From Octopus sinensis (lineage: Eukaryota), in the NCBI RefSeq assembly GCF_006345805.1, contig NC_042998.1, forward strand, positions 198,462,001 to 198,526,000: DNA of 64,000 nt, read 5' to 3'. The notes below the pieces were generated by a model. That model made no database searches. It was not told where the DNA came from and worked only from the letters and a program-made list of their open reading frames with translations. Numbering within the stretch: the first letter of the stretch is position 1; every line of letters starts with the position of its first letter. Below are positions 1 to 12,237 of this stretch, piece by piece. The translations under genes and the position numbers were made by a program.

Positions 1-365
1 AACGTCCGCTTTCCATGCTAGCATGGGTTGGACGATTTTGACAGAGGGCTGGTGAACCAGATGGCTGCACCAGGCTCCAGTCTTCATCTGGCAGAGTTTC
101 TACAGCTGGATGCCCTTCCTAATGCCAACCACCCCGAGAGTATAGTGGGTGCTTTTTACGTGCCACCGGCACGGGGGCCAGTCATGCGGTACTGGCAATG
201 ACCTCGCTCGAATCTTTTTACACATGCCACCGGCACAGGTGCCAGTGAAGCGACGTTGATAATGATTACGCTCGAATGGTTCCCTTTTACGTGCCACGGG
301 TACAGAAGCCAGTGGCTGCTCTGGCAACGATCACGCTCGGATGGTGTTCTTGGCACCCTACTAGC
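1..365 (-). mobile_element. SINE family D ((GAT)n tail, internal TGCCACCGGCA array); about 17 copies in the window
   Basis: Shared core GGAAGGGCATCCAGCTGTAGAAAC...CATGCTAGCATGGAAAGCGGACGTTAAACGATGATG. Approximate further copies: 7921-8250, 8262-8490, 9533-9730, 10632-10975, 23000-23345, 23636-23790, 24630-24806, 25020-25390, 30717-31155, 41013-41350, 41850-42275, 48470-48760, 52245-52780, 53125-53500, 54305-54575, 56160-56430. These explain most of the small ORF calls. Confidence 0.85.
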
Positions 366-1367
366 ATAGGCATAGACAGGCATGACTGAGAAAAAAGTTG
401 GAGAGTCTGAGGGTAAGAAATACATGTAGTTTGAACAGTAAAATGCATTTAAGGTGAAATGAAGAAATCAATGCACAGGGTTTGTAACATGGCAGAATCA
501 AGAAACAAGAGCCAGCTGACCCCTCGTATTTCAGCCCCTCGTGCCCTACCTACTATAAAGCCTGCCACCCACCACCTCTCGTGGAGATTGTACCCTTGCG
601 ACCTACATGGCGAGCTCACTAGTGATGTTGGCACGAAAACAAGCACTCGGTATACGTTGTAAATTGTTTGTCGTTAAAAAAAGGACATGCAGACATCGAA
701 AACATGCCAAAGCGGACATTGGAACACGATGCAATCCGTGCCCAAATCGGATCCTGTCAACCCGCCCAACCCATGCAAGCACGGACCATGACCGCTAAAC
801 GATGATGGATGTTGATTAAAAATATATCGTTGCTACAAACAAAATACAGAGCACTTAGGTCTAATAGTATGCATGTATGTATGTATGTAGGTAGGTAGGT
901 ACTTTTTGAAGTACCTGTACGGTAGTGTATACTGACTGACACGTTGTCAATTTCCATTTGTTTATTTTATTTGTTAGATTTTTCCCCGTAACACAACGAA
1001 GCAACAAATTATAAATAAAGAGAACGGCAAAGAGAGAAATGGCGACTCGCCATGTGGGAAAATTAATTTACAGAAATACCACCACCACCACGACCCACCC
1101 TTCATGCAAACACCAGTAATCGCCACCGCCTTCATGTCTGGCGAAGTATTATTATTGCTACCATACCACTACTACTACTACTGCTACTATTATCATAACC
1201 ACCACTATTGCCACTAATATCAACACTACTACTAAGATTTACAACTACTATCACCATCGTTCCTATTTCAAGGTAGCCACATACCATGTTAAGATAGGCG
1301 CAACATCCACCCACGATTTCGGGGTCACAGTAACGAAATCAATTGCGCGCGCGCGCATGTGTGTGTG

Positions 1368-1501
1368 TAGATAGATAGAGACAGACAGACAGATAGATAA
1401 ATAGATAGACTTGTTTAGATAGACAGATAGATAGATAGATAAACAGACAGACAGACAGACTTGGATAGATAGATAGATAGATAGATAGATAGACAGACAG
1501 G

Positions 1502-1589
<88 letters not shown>

Positions 1590-1634
1590 GATAGATAGAT
1601 AGACAGATAGATAGGTGGATAGATAGATAGATAG

Positions 1635-1694
<60 letters not shown>

Positions 1695-1776
1695 CAGATA
1701 GATAGACAGATAGATGGATAGATAGATAGATGGCTAGATAAACAGATAGATAGACAGACAGTCTTATTTAGACAGA
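1368..1776. repeat. (GATA)n/(GACA)n microsatellite
   Basis: About 400 bp of GATA units interrupted by GACA. Confidence 0.98.
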
Positions 1777-2221
1777 TAATCACACATGATTTCTTAGGGT
1801 GTACATATGTGGACGTCTTAAATTGTAGAAACAGGTTTCTTCATCAAAGCTGATCATATACACTTCGTCGAGTTTCTCCTCGTCTATGTATTTCTTTAGG
1901 CGGCAAGATTGTGTGTATGCGTGCACGCAGGTCGTTGTTTGCTTAGCAGGTCACTACTTCAATATTTACAAACAACTGACGATAAAAGTGTAACGTAATC
2001 ATTCTTACGAAATCTAATGAATTAAAAAACTATCGAAGTTCGGATTCTAGTGTAATTTCTTATCGTGTAATACTTTTCTTTTTTCAATTTGCTACGTAAA
2101 TGGAGGCCTATTTTGTGGTTTCCATTCCCAATTAACTACGCTAAACCTCAGTTTCTTAATCCATATGTTCCAAGTTTTTATAATTGTTAAATTCATTGCC
2201 GGGACATATGAATCTATTTAG

Positions 2222-2520
2222 GCTTGGCTTCGAGCTTACGATCGTGAGGTTGTGAGCTCGAATCCCGGACCGGGCTGCGCTTTATTTCACGTTGCTCCAG
2301 TTCACTCAGCTGTAGAAATGAGTTGCGTCGTCACAGGTGCCAAGCTGTATCGGCCCCTTTGCTTTTCCCTTGGATAACATCAGTGGCGTTTAGAGGGGGA
2401 GGCTGGCATGCATGGGCAACTGCTGCTCCTCCATGAAAACACCCTTGCTCGGACTTGTACCTCGGAGGGTAACTCTCTAGGTGCAAACCCATGGTCAGTG
2501 TCTGACCGAAGGGGGTCACA
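2222..2520 (+). mobile_element. Probable tRNA-derived SINE (family F)
   Basis: GGTTGTGAGCTCGAATCCC B-box head followed by CCAGTTCACTCAGCTGTAGAAATGAGT. Only one copy in the window. Confidence 0.55.
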
Positions 2521-3474
2521 CACACACACACAAATGAAGAATATCAAAGTGAAAACTCTTTATACATGGAAAATGAATAGCTTGAACTAGGCGGAACACA
2601 GGAACATGAGGTTCGGAAAAACCGCTTTAATTTGGTTTGTTAAGTGTATAAAGATAGTCACGATCTTATAACTGACAATATACTATACAAATTAACTGCA
2701 TAAGGACCAACGGATTTATGCAATTAAGCGGAATCCACAGTGTGTATGAGTTTGTGTGTGTGCGCCCACAACTAGCCATTCAACAAAACCACTTACACAT
2801 TTAGTTCACAACTCAATCATATGGTTACTCATGTGACTTAGACTACGTTTCTTACTTGAGATTGCGTGTTTATATATATATACACACACACACATCGCTG
2901 CTTGTCCAGTCCATAAAATAAAGCACCAGTCGAGCACTGGGGTCGTTGTAATCGACTGGTCAATCGGAGCCGCTTACGTGGGGGCGTGACCTTCATGATC
3001 TTCGTTTCTCCATCCCATCACACTTCCATACTCTTTTAACCCCATAACTTCGTCCCCCCCCTCCTCTATTCTATTTTCCTATTTTTTACTTGTTTCAGAT
3101 ATTCGACTGCGGCCATGCTGGGGCACCGCCTTGGTAATTTTAATCGAATGAATCGACCCTAGTACTTAATTTTTGTTATATATTCTATTCGTTCTTTTCC
3201 CGACCCACGAAGCTAAGGATACATAAATACATCAAGCGGTGGTGGAGGAAAATCACACACACACACACACACATATATATAGATAGATATACATATATAT
3301 AACGGGCTTCTTTCAGTTTCCGTCAACCAAATTCACTAACAAGGCTTTGGTCGGTCCGAGGCTATAGTAGAAGGCGACCAAGGTGCCACGCAGTGGGACT
3401 GAACCCGGAACCATGTGGTTAGGAGGCAAACTTCTTACCACACAGCCACTACTGCGCCTATAAAAAAGATAGCT

Positions 3475-3548
3475 CATCCCTGGCTGGGCTCGAACCACCC
3501 CTCTTTCGGTTAACAGCCGAACGCGCTAACAGACTGCACCACAGAGAC
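3475..3548 (-). tRNA. tRNA-Asn(GTT), atypical or possibly a pseudogene
   Basis: GTCTCTGTGGTGCAGTCTGTTAGCGCGTTCGGCTGTTAACCGAAAGAGGGGTGGTTCGAGCCCAGCCAGGGATG: 74 nt cloverleaf with GTT anticodon, intact B box and a T6 Pol III terminator at 3467-3462. It deviates at G18, the 15:48 pair and one T-stem pair. Confidence 0.85.
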
Positions 3549-3631
3549 AGTTGCTCATTATGTCCCAATTGTACTTATTTGCACACTGGAGTATAGAAAG
3601 GGCCAGCATATTTGTATTGCATGTTTGGCCA

Positions 3632-3726
3632 ATAATGCTGACGAAGGATGACGGCTGCAACGTGTCACGCAACAGGACCTTACGTAATTTAGCGATGACC
3701 ACCATTCAGAAACACGTGTACATTAT
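3632..3726 (+). ncRNA. Type-I hammerhead ribozyme-like motif
   Basis: Stem I ATAATG/CATTAT, core CTGACGA, stem II GGATG/CATTC (A.A at 10.1-11.1), GAAAC-ACGT-GTA. Confidence 0.6.
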
Positions 3727-4154
3727 ATATAATGCATAAATACACGTGTTTCTTTTCTACACGACGCGCGTACACCAAACACGAGACTATCTGGAGCTAT
3801 AAACGGTTGCCATAGGAATAAAGTGTGTGTGTGTGTGTGTGTAATCCAAGCCTTTTTGGATTATACATACACATAAGCTTCATTAAATGTAAAGTACTAA
3901 ACTACAAGACATACTAGGTTTAACCGAGTTTACAAAAAGTGCACTGTATTTTTTTTACGTATGTGTGCAAACTTTAACCGGGTTTCTGCGAGTATTTATT
4001 TTTTGTACCTCGACTGCTTTGTCTTGCTTGCATTCTAGGTGCACTATTTTTAACTCACTTAAAGCTAGTATTCTTACCGTAGTTTAATGCTCTATATTTA
4101 ACTAAGCCTCGACTAACGTGTGTTTTACAACTGCCTGTGTGTGTGTGTAAATAT

Positions 4155-4189
<35 letters not shown>

Positions 4190-5179
4190 AATATAAACTT
4201 AAAATGAGGGTAAGAAATTATATATTAATTTAATTAACATCGATTTCACACCAGTGGTCTAGCATATAAAAAAAAACTGAAGGTTCAGTAAAATTGTATT
4301 ATATACATATTAGAGGGAAACCACAATGTGGACACCCTTACGCTAGAAATAGATCCGCTATGTTCTTGAGAACATTTCTTAGTGGTAAGACCATAGCGGA
4401 TCTATTTCTAGCGTAAGGGTGTTCACATAATGGTTTCCCTCTAATATGTGTGTATATATATATTTCTTTATTGCCCACAGGGGGGTAAACATAGAGGGGA
4501 AAAACAAGGACAGACAAAGGGATTAAGTCGATTACATCGCCTCCAGTGCGAAACTGGTACTTTATTTATCGACCCCGAAAGGATGAAAGGCAAAGTCGAC
4601 CTCGGCGGAATTTGAACTCAGAACGTAATGTATATATTATATATATCATTGCAAAATTTCAGTCGTTTAGACTCGGTGGGAAAAAAAACTGGTACTAATT
4701 GGAGCAGTCCCTCCCATTCGCCACCAAACTTTTCCGTCTACAAACTGTAGTAGTACCCATACAGGGCATTGACACATGTACACATACATACAATGATATT
4801 ATTACAAATTATGACTCACAACTACCCAGTACTGAACTTACACTAGTTGCCTGTCGGTGGTGGTATGTAATGAGATTTAAACAATTACAGCAATTATGAG
4901 TAGTATCGCTGCTGCTAATTCTTCAGTCTACTACTACTACTACTAACTACTACAACCACGGCTTTCCACTGAAGTTTATTACATAATATATAAATAGACT
5001 GGGAAAACCTATACGGATTACGGAGAGAGCAGACACACATTCGAAGCACCTTATAAATCTAAGCTTGGGGGAAGCTGTGTGATGGTGCCCAAAAAGGCTT
5101 TGATCCATAATAGCATTAGATAAGGCAGAAACGAGTGGGATTTAAAATGTCCAATTCAAACTTTTATAGATTAGTTGAA

Positions 5180-5750
5180 AGTGGCTGTGTGGTAAGTAGC
5201 TTGCTAACCAACCACATGGTTCTGGGTTCAGTCCCACTGCGTGGCATCTTGGGCAAGTGTCTTCTGCTATAGCCCCGGGTCGACCAATGCCTTGTGAGTG
5301 GATTTGGTAGACGGAAACTGAAAGAAGCCCGTCATAGGCGCAGGAGTGGCTGTGTGGTAAGTAGCTTGCTAACCAACCACATGGTTCTGGGTCCAGTCCC
5401 ACTGCATGGCATCTTGGGCAAGTGTCTTCTGCTATAGCCCCGGGCCGACCAAATGCCTTGTGAGTGGATTTGGTAGACGGAAACTGAAAGAAGCCTGTCG
5501 TATATATATATATATATATATAAGTGTGTGTATATATGTTTGTGTGTCTGTTTGTTCCCCTAGCATTGCTTGACAACCGATGCTGGTGTGTTTACGTCCC
5601 CGTCACTAAGCAGTTCGGCAAAAGCGACCGATAGAATAAGTACTGGGCTTACAAAAAGAATAAGTCCCGGGGGTTCGATTTGCTCGACTAAAAGGCGGTG
5701 CTCCAGCATGGCCGCAGTCAAATGACTGAAACAAGTAAAAGAGTAAAAAA
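5180..5750 (+). mobile_element. tRNA-derived SINE family A plus companion B segment (head duplicated here); about 10 copies
   Basis: Head GTGGCTGTGTGGTAAGTAGC...GGTTCAGTCCC with A/B boxes, a (TA/TG)n spacer, then the B segment ending AAACAAGTAAAAGAGTAA. Approximate copies: 3075-3455, 14990-15440, 25472-25880, 28648-29040, 32652-33060, 41640-41845, 56445-56560, 63105-63497. Confidence 0.85.
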
Positions 5751-6150
5751 GAGATATGCAGCTCTAGGACTAAACACGCACACACATACACAAATGCAGT
5801 GTGTGCATATTATATAAATCGAAATGAAAAAGTTACACATGCACCGACATAACAGTCTAAAAGTGTTAGTCACTACAGAATATAAACAAAACTATGAGAT
5901 AACCGACATAGTAGTGCATACGTGTGATGGGGGCTTAAGTGCGGATTACATACTCCCTGGCGTGAGCCTTATTTGGTCAACACCACAAACAAAAATCACT
6001 AAGGCGGTGCGACGGAACCACTATGTGGTTACCTGACCTGCTAGATATAACAGTGAAATTTCCTTGGGATCTTTTCGGTTATCTTTAGAACAAAACGGAT
6101 CATATTAGATAGTGAAAAGGAAAAGATCCGATCCTTGTTATCCTAGATAC

Positions 6151-6420
6151 GGTACTACTTAAGAAGAGTGGTCCCGGTGCGCGCACTCGCGCAAGATAGT
6201 CGTGACTAGTCGATCCTACAACGACTACCTAGCAAAGTAAATAAAACACAAAGTAAATAATTTTTGTTAAACAAGTAAATAAAACACAAAGTAAATAATT
6301 TATTAAAAAAAGTAAATAACACACAAAAACACAAAGTAAGGATCGACTAGACATGACTAGCTAGCGCGGATGCGCGAGTACGCGAGTGCGCGCACCGGGA
6401 CCACTCTTGTTAAGTAGTAC
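6151..6420. mobile_element. GG-terminal long-TIR MITE, family M1 copy 1 (Merlin/MULE-like)
   Basis: TIR GGTACTACTTAAGAAGAGTGGTCCCGGTGCGCGCAC. Flanks CCTAGATAC/CATAGATAC match at 8/9. Internal AAGTAAATAA repeats. Confidence 0.75.
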
Positions 6421-6624
6421 CCATAGATACTGTGCTGGAAAAGATAATAACTTCACCGAAACAAAGTATAAGCCAAATTTGAAAATAGGATATTACGTTC
6501 AATATCGAGTCTCTCCATCGATAAATATATTGTTATTCCTGAAATTATTTAAACTAATAACCATAAATAAAGTATAAACACGTGTATATAAACACACACG
6601 CGCACACACATTAAATTTTATATA

Positions 6625-6812
6625 CGAAGGGGTGTTGAAAAGTTCCTGGTTTTAAGGGTGTCGTAAAAGGCCTAGTTGGAGGCCCAACCTTCTGATTAGA
6701 AAAACTGAAGGACCCCTGCAATAAGTGTGTGAAGCTGAGAGTAAAATCATAATTAATTGATCCACCCGTATTTTCTTTTACCCAAAGCCAGGACCTTTTC
6801 AACACTCCCTCG
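6625..6812. mobile_element. Mariner-derived MITE
   Basis: TA-flanked TIRs CGAAGGGGTGTTGAAAAGTTCCTGG and CCAGGACCTTTTCAACACTCCCTCG, with a short relic of the transposase C-terminus inside. Confidence 0.8.
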
Positions 6813-8544
6813 TATATGGCTTATTCTTAACAATACCCTGCCATCTATTCATATTTTCCACATACGACTTTCAAGAGCTGCCAGTCATTTCCTACAAATA
6901 TTCGCACCTACCATCAAAAACCCACTATATTTGTTTGCCACACATTCACTCTTCCATCTCGAACTCTATCACCTCGATCTACCCCCACACTCCTTGCAAT
7001 CATTACGTACCCGTCCCCATCTTTTATCTCCTCGAATCTTTCATACCTTCAAATCTGCTGTATCATGCTGCTATTTCTGCACTGCCAGTCATCACTTCCT
7101 CTCTCTCCTGAGCTACTATCTCTGAACAACTTACACTCTCTTCAGACACTCTTGCAACCTTTACCCACCCACCCTTCCTCACACTCTCTTTTATCCACCT
7201 TCTCGTGGCATTCTAACACCATATCACCACCATCTTTATCACTTAGTATCCTTCCAATCATCCCACCCCATCCGTTATATAAAGCAGGATAGCCATGTAT
7301 TTCCCCTACAACCCATCTCTGTCCCCTCTATTATCCTGTAACATAAAGCAATTTTTTTCTTTACTATATGTCCACACAATCAAAAGGATTAGGGCACCTA
7401 CCAGTCAAAATCATACCTATTTCTTTACTACTCACAAAGGGCTAAACACAGAGGGGACAAACAAGGACAGACAAATGGATTAAGTCGATTACATCGACCC
7501 CAGTGCGTAACTGGTCCTTAATTTATCGACCCCGAAAGGATGAAAGGCAAAGTCAACCTCGGCGGAATTTGAACTTAGAAAGCAGTGGCGGATGAAATAC
7601 CACAAAGCATTTCGCCCGGCATGCTAACATTTCTGCCAGCTCGCCACCTTGTCAAAATCCTACCAAAACTGAAACACAGGAGCAAGACATTGTCCTCTAG
7701 CCTGGTGAACTCTATCAAACTGTCCAATTCAACATGGAGAGCTGATATGAAATGGTATGCACACACACACTCACAAGGACATGTGACATATCATTATCAC
7801 TGGATGTTAAACAATATGTCACAAGTCCATATAGTGGACTATATGTATGCACAGATACACACACATATCTGTATGTATACATGCATATACACAGTATACT
7901 CAAAAAGACATATTTCCACATATCATCATCATCATTGTTTAACGCCCACTTTCCATGCTAGCATGGGTTGGACGATTTTGACTGAGGGCTGGCGAACTAG
8001 ATGGCTGCACCAGGCCCCAATCTTATCTGGCAGAGTTTCTGCAGCTGGATGCCCTTTCTAATGCCAACCACTCCGACAGTGTAGTTGGGTGCTTTTTACA
8101 TGCCACTGGCACGGGGCTAGTCAGGCAGTACTGGCAACGACCTCGCTCGAATCTTTTACACATGCCACCGGCACAGGTGCCAATAAGGTGATGTTGGTAA
8201 TGATCATGCTCAAATGATGTCTTTTACATGCCACTGGCACGGAGGCTGCATAAATACATACATCATCATCATCGTTTAATGTCCACTTTCCATGCTAGCA
8301 TGGGTTGGATGGTCTGACATAGAGCCGGCCAGCTGGAAGCTGCCCAGACTCCAACTGTCTGTTGTGGCATGGTCTCTATGGCTTGATGCCCTTCCTAACA
8401 CCAACCACTTAAAGTGTGAGTTTTACATGCCACCGGCATGGGAGTGCTTACGCAGCACTGGTATGGGTGCATCAACGCAGCACCGGTATGGGTGTATCAA
8501 TACAGCACTGGCATGGATGCTTTTATGTGGTACCGGCACCCGAA

Positions 8545-8735
8545 AGAACAAGCCTGTGTGTAAGGAAGACAGCAATTTTAATTAGCTTGATGCATCTCAT
8601 CAAGTACAGCAAATTGCCACACCTCCCGGTCCCTTGTCATTTCCTCAATGAGGCCCAGCATCCAAAGATCCTTTCTCATCATTTCATCCCATGTCTTCCT
8701 GAGTCTAGTCCTTCCACAGGCACCCTTCACACACA
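8545..8735 (-). mobile_element. RTE LINE 3' fragment
   Basis: The minus strand encodes EGACGRTRLRKTWDEMMRKDL...TRDREVW, an RTE 3' end. Confidence 0.65.
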
Positions 8736-11654
8736 CATATATATATATAAATGATGGCCTGCTCGCTTAGCCAGTGGGGTGGTGTCATTTGAAGGCTAAA
8801 ACAATGCGAAGCACATTGTGACCAGCGATGTGTAGCAACATCTGATAGCCTGGTCGGTCATGGTGATATATAAATGCATTATGTAAACACATACATATAT
8901 GTAAATAAATACGTTTGTATATGAATGTATATGTAAATACACCTATGCACAGGTAATATGCACTCATCACAGACAGTACCCACTCATATATAGTAAAAAG
9001 TCTATCAAAAAGTCTGACTGCTTCCTCTGTATTGATGCCAGACATGTGGCCTTCTTCCAGAAGTAAATTTTCCAAGAATGGGACACCATATAGATCTTTA
9101 TTTTATTGCCAACAACACACCACCAACATGGGGTCACTAGACATTTCTGTCCCACACTTATCTTTCTAGTTGTTGATGCTGCTTTTGTTTAGCCCCTCCA
9201 TGCCACCTGATTGTTAAGGATGTGCTTGAGCTGTGACCACTGGATCAGAGCTACAATGTCTAACCTATATGGAGTGATTTGGTTGTTATTTTTTTGGAAG
9301 TTGAGTGACCACATAAACACTCCCTATTCGGCTAATTTTCAGTAAAACCTAATCCTCATATCGTGCAACGTTAGTTTTTGATATTAGGAACTTCTTGGAT
9401 ACTGAAATCTCTTTTGTTCTGAGAATTAAATGTTGCTGTGGCTGAATTTTGAAGGAATCTTGATGGTTATTTATAGCAGATTGAATGCCTTTGTTGTCTT
9501 GTTTTCATTTTATTTATTAGTTATTTTGAGAAATGGCCATTGCCAGCCTCACCTGGCACATAAAAAGCACCCACTGCACTCTCGGAGTGGTTGGCATTAG
9601 GAAGGGCATCCAGCTGTAGAAACACTGCCAGATCAGACTGGAGCCTGGTGCAGCCTCCTGGCTTTCCAGATACCGGTCGAACCGTCCAACTCATGCTAGC
9701 ATGGAGAACGGACGTTAAATGATGATGATGAGAAATCTTTTTTAGTTTAGCAACTGTCTGGTGATCTTTGAAGGTGGTTTGTTAAGAGAGTGAAGACCTC
9801 AACTGTCTTCAAGCTAAGATTTAGTGAGTTCTTCAGTAAATTCATTCTTCTCTTCCTGAACCTTCAAACTCTCATAATTCTACATATGTGTTTCAGATAA
9901 TTTAACTGACTTAACAAAGTGTTAAAAATCTTCACTGAAACGTTCCATTAGGGTTGTTCCTATTCATTCATATGAATACTGAGACCAATTTGAGAGGGGT
10001 TTATCACATTGTTTATTCCCGTACCCTTTGATAAGTGAGGGCAAAAGGTGACCCTGCCTGCACAGACTGAGACCATTGAGCTTCTTCTTTATGTGTTCAA
10101 TGAATTGTATTCCAGTCATATAGTAGTACTTATTATAACTTAGCTGATCACAAGAGGAAAGAGGTCAGAATGTATCCTTGCATTACTCTAGTCACAATTT
10201 TATATGTACAACAAGTAAGGTGCTTTCTGTGGATTACCCTACATATTTGGATAATTTAAATTTCATCACATTACACCACCTGAGATGTTCTTGCAGAAAA
10301 CATTCTTATATTCATTTCATAATGGGTAAAATTGAAATATTATGTGTTTTAAAGACAACAAGGTGACCAACTTTCCACTCATATATAACAAATGTCTAAT
10401 CAGAATGGAGCACCAAGACAAGGAATGTGTATATATATTTACATATGGACTGCATGTGTGTATATATTTTATCATGAGACTCATAAGCGCAGCTGTGGTT
10501 GTGTGGTTGAGAAGTTGCTTCCTTACCAAGTGGTCTAGAGTTCAGTCTTACTGTGTGGCACCTTGGGCAAGTGTCTTCTACAATAGCTGACCAACGCTTT
10601 GTGAGTGGATTTGGTAGCTAGATATATATATCAATGGAAATTGTAGCTGTGATACCAGTGCCGGTGGCACGTAAGAGAACCATCCAAATGTGGCTGTTGC
10701 CAGCGCCGCCTCGACTGGCCTCCGTGCCGGTGGAACATAAAAAGCACCATCCAATCTTGGCCGTTTGCCAGCCTCCCCTGGCACCTGTGCCAGTGGCACG
10801 TAAAGAAGCATCCACTACACTCACGGAGTGGTTGGCATTAGGAAGGGCATCCAGCTGTAGAAACATTGCCAGATCAGACTGGAGCCTGGTGCAGCCTCCT
10901 GGCTTTCCAGATACCGGTCGAACCGTCCAACCCATGCTAGCATGGAAAACGGACGATAAACGATGATGATGATGATATATATATGTATACACACACACAC
11001 ACACACACACGCGTGTTTAAACAGCACTTGATGGTTGTAAATGAGCACTGTCAAACAAGAGAAGTCGTTTGTTTCCAGTCTTCCATAAAAACATATCTGG
11101 CTATGGGAAAATATTACATTGCTTGCAAAAATGAGGGTTGGTAACAGGAAGAGTACCCAGCTGTAGAAATTCCACATGGATATCGAATGATGATGACTTG
11201 GTACTAATCGATTGAAACATTGCTATTAATGCATCTAAGAATGAGGAGAGTTCAGAAAAAAGCCAACTTAATAAATTCTTCCTAATTTTGGAAAAAAAGT
11301 AGGCAATTTTGATGAGAAGCGGGTAAGTCTATAACATCAACCCCAATACTTGACTGATACTTTATTTTATTGACCCTGAAAGAATAAAAGCAAAGGTGAA
11401 CTTGGTGGGATTTGAACTCAGAATATGAAGAACCTGAAAAAATGCACTAAAGCATAAGGTCCGCAATTTTGAGGAGTGAGAGAGGTTAGTCAATGCAGGT
11501 TTCAATATTGGAGAGGTACTTTATGAAACCCAAAAGGATAACACGCAGACCTAGGTGCAGTTTGAGAGGAAATTTCTAATATAGGGCATGAGACCTCAAA
11601 TTTATAGGAAGGATTTAGGAGTGTATGTATGCATGCATGTATATATGTATGCAT

Positions 11655-11685
<31 letters not shown>

Positions 11686-11987
11686 ATTAATCAATATAGG
11701 GTGGCAAAAAAAAATTTTGTAGAATTCTTTTTGCCACCAGCGGCCTAGTGGGAAAAAATTAAATAGTCATAGACCATTTTTAAGTTCAACATCAACAATC
11801 AAGGAACAGCCACAATAGGCCATTCACCCACTAGAAATAACAGCCAAAGCTTCAACCGCAAATAAAGATTAATTCCGTAAACAGGAGAAAATTTAAAAAT
11901 TTTACGGAATTAATCTTATTTGCGGTTGAAGCTTTGCTGTTATTTCTAGTGGGTGAATGGCCTCTTATGGCCGTTCCTTGATTGTTG

Positions 11988-12009
<22 letters not shown>

Positions 12010-12020
<11 letters not shown>

Positions 12021-12204
12021 CATGTATATATATATATTTTTTCTCTCCTTGTTTCTTTTCTGTGTATCTTTCTGCTGAAGAGCGTAGGCTCGAAACGTCG
12101 GTTACTTGTTTTATTTATATTCCTGAGCGCCATACTAATACACTTGTTTGTTTGTGTTCCACCTGCCTTCGACTTTTGTTTATTTTCATAAAGCTTCCCG
12201 TTAT

Positions 12205-12210
<6 letters not shown>
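12010..12210 (+). mobile_element. Penelope-like terminal fragment with a degenerate minimal hammerhead
   Basis: CTGAAGAG-CGTAGGCT-CGAAACGTCGGTT between (TA)n tracts. Related copies lie on - at about 45865-46030 and 46471-46636. Confidence 0.55.

Positions 12211-12237
<27 letters not shown>

Noticed and set aside
1415-1783. 122-aa YLSI-repeat ORF and the many YIYI ORFs elsewhere
   Set aside because: Microsatellite translations.
1971-2025. CTGACGA...CGAAAT with a partial stem II
   Set aside because: No stem I pairing and no valid cleavage triplet.
6757-7330. ORFs in a pyrimidine-rich block (122 and 75 aa)
   Set aside because: Compositionally biased sequence resembling the flanks of the RTE relics (36430-36680, 39760-39980), with no domain.
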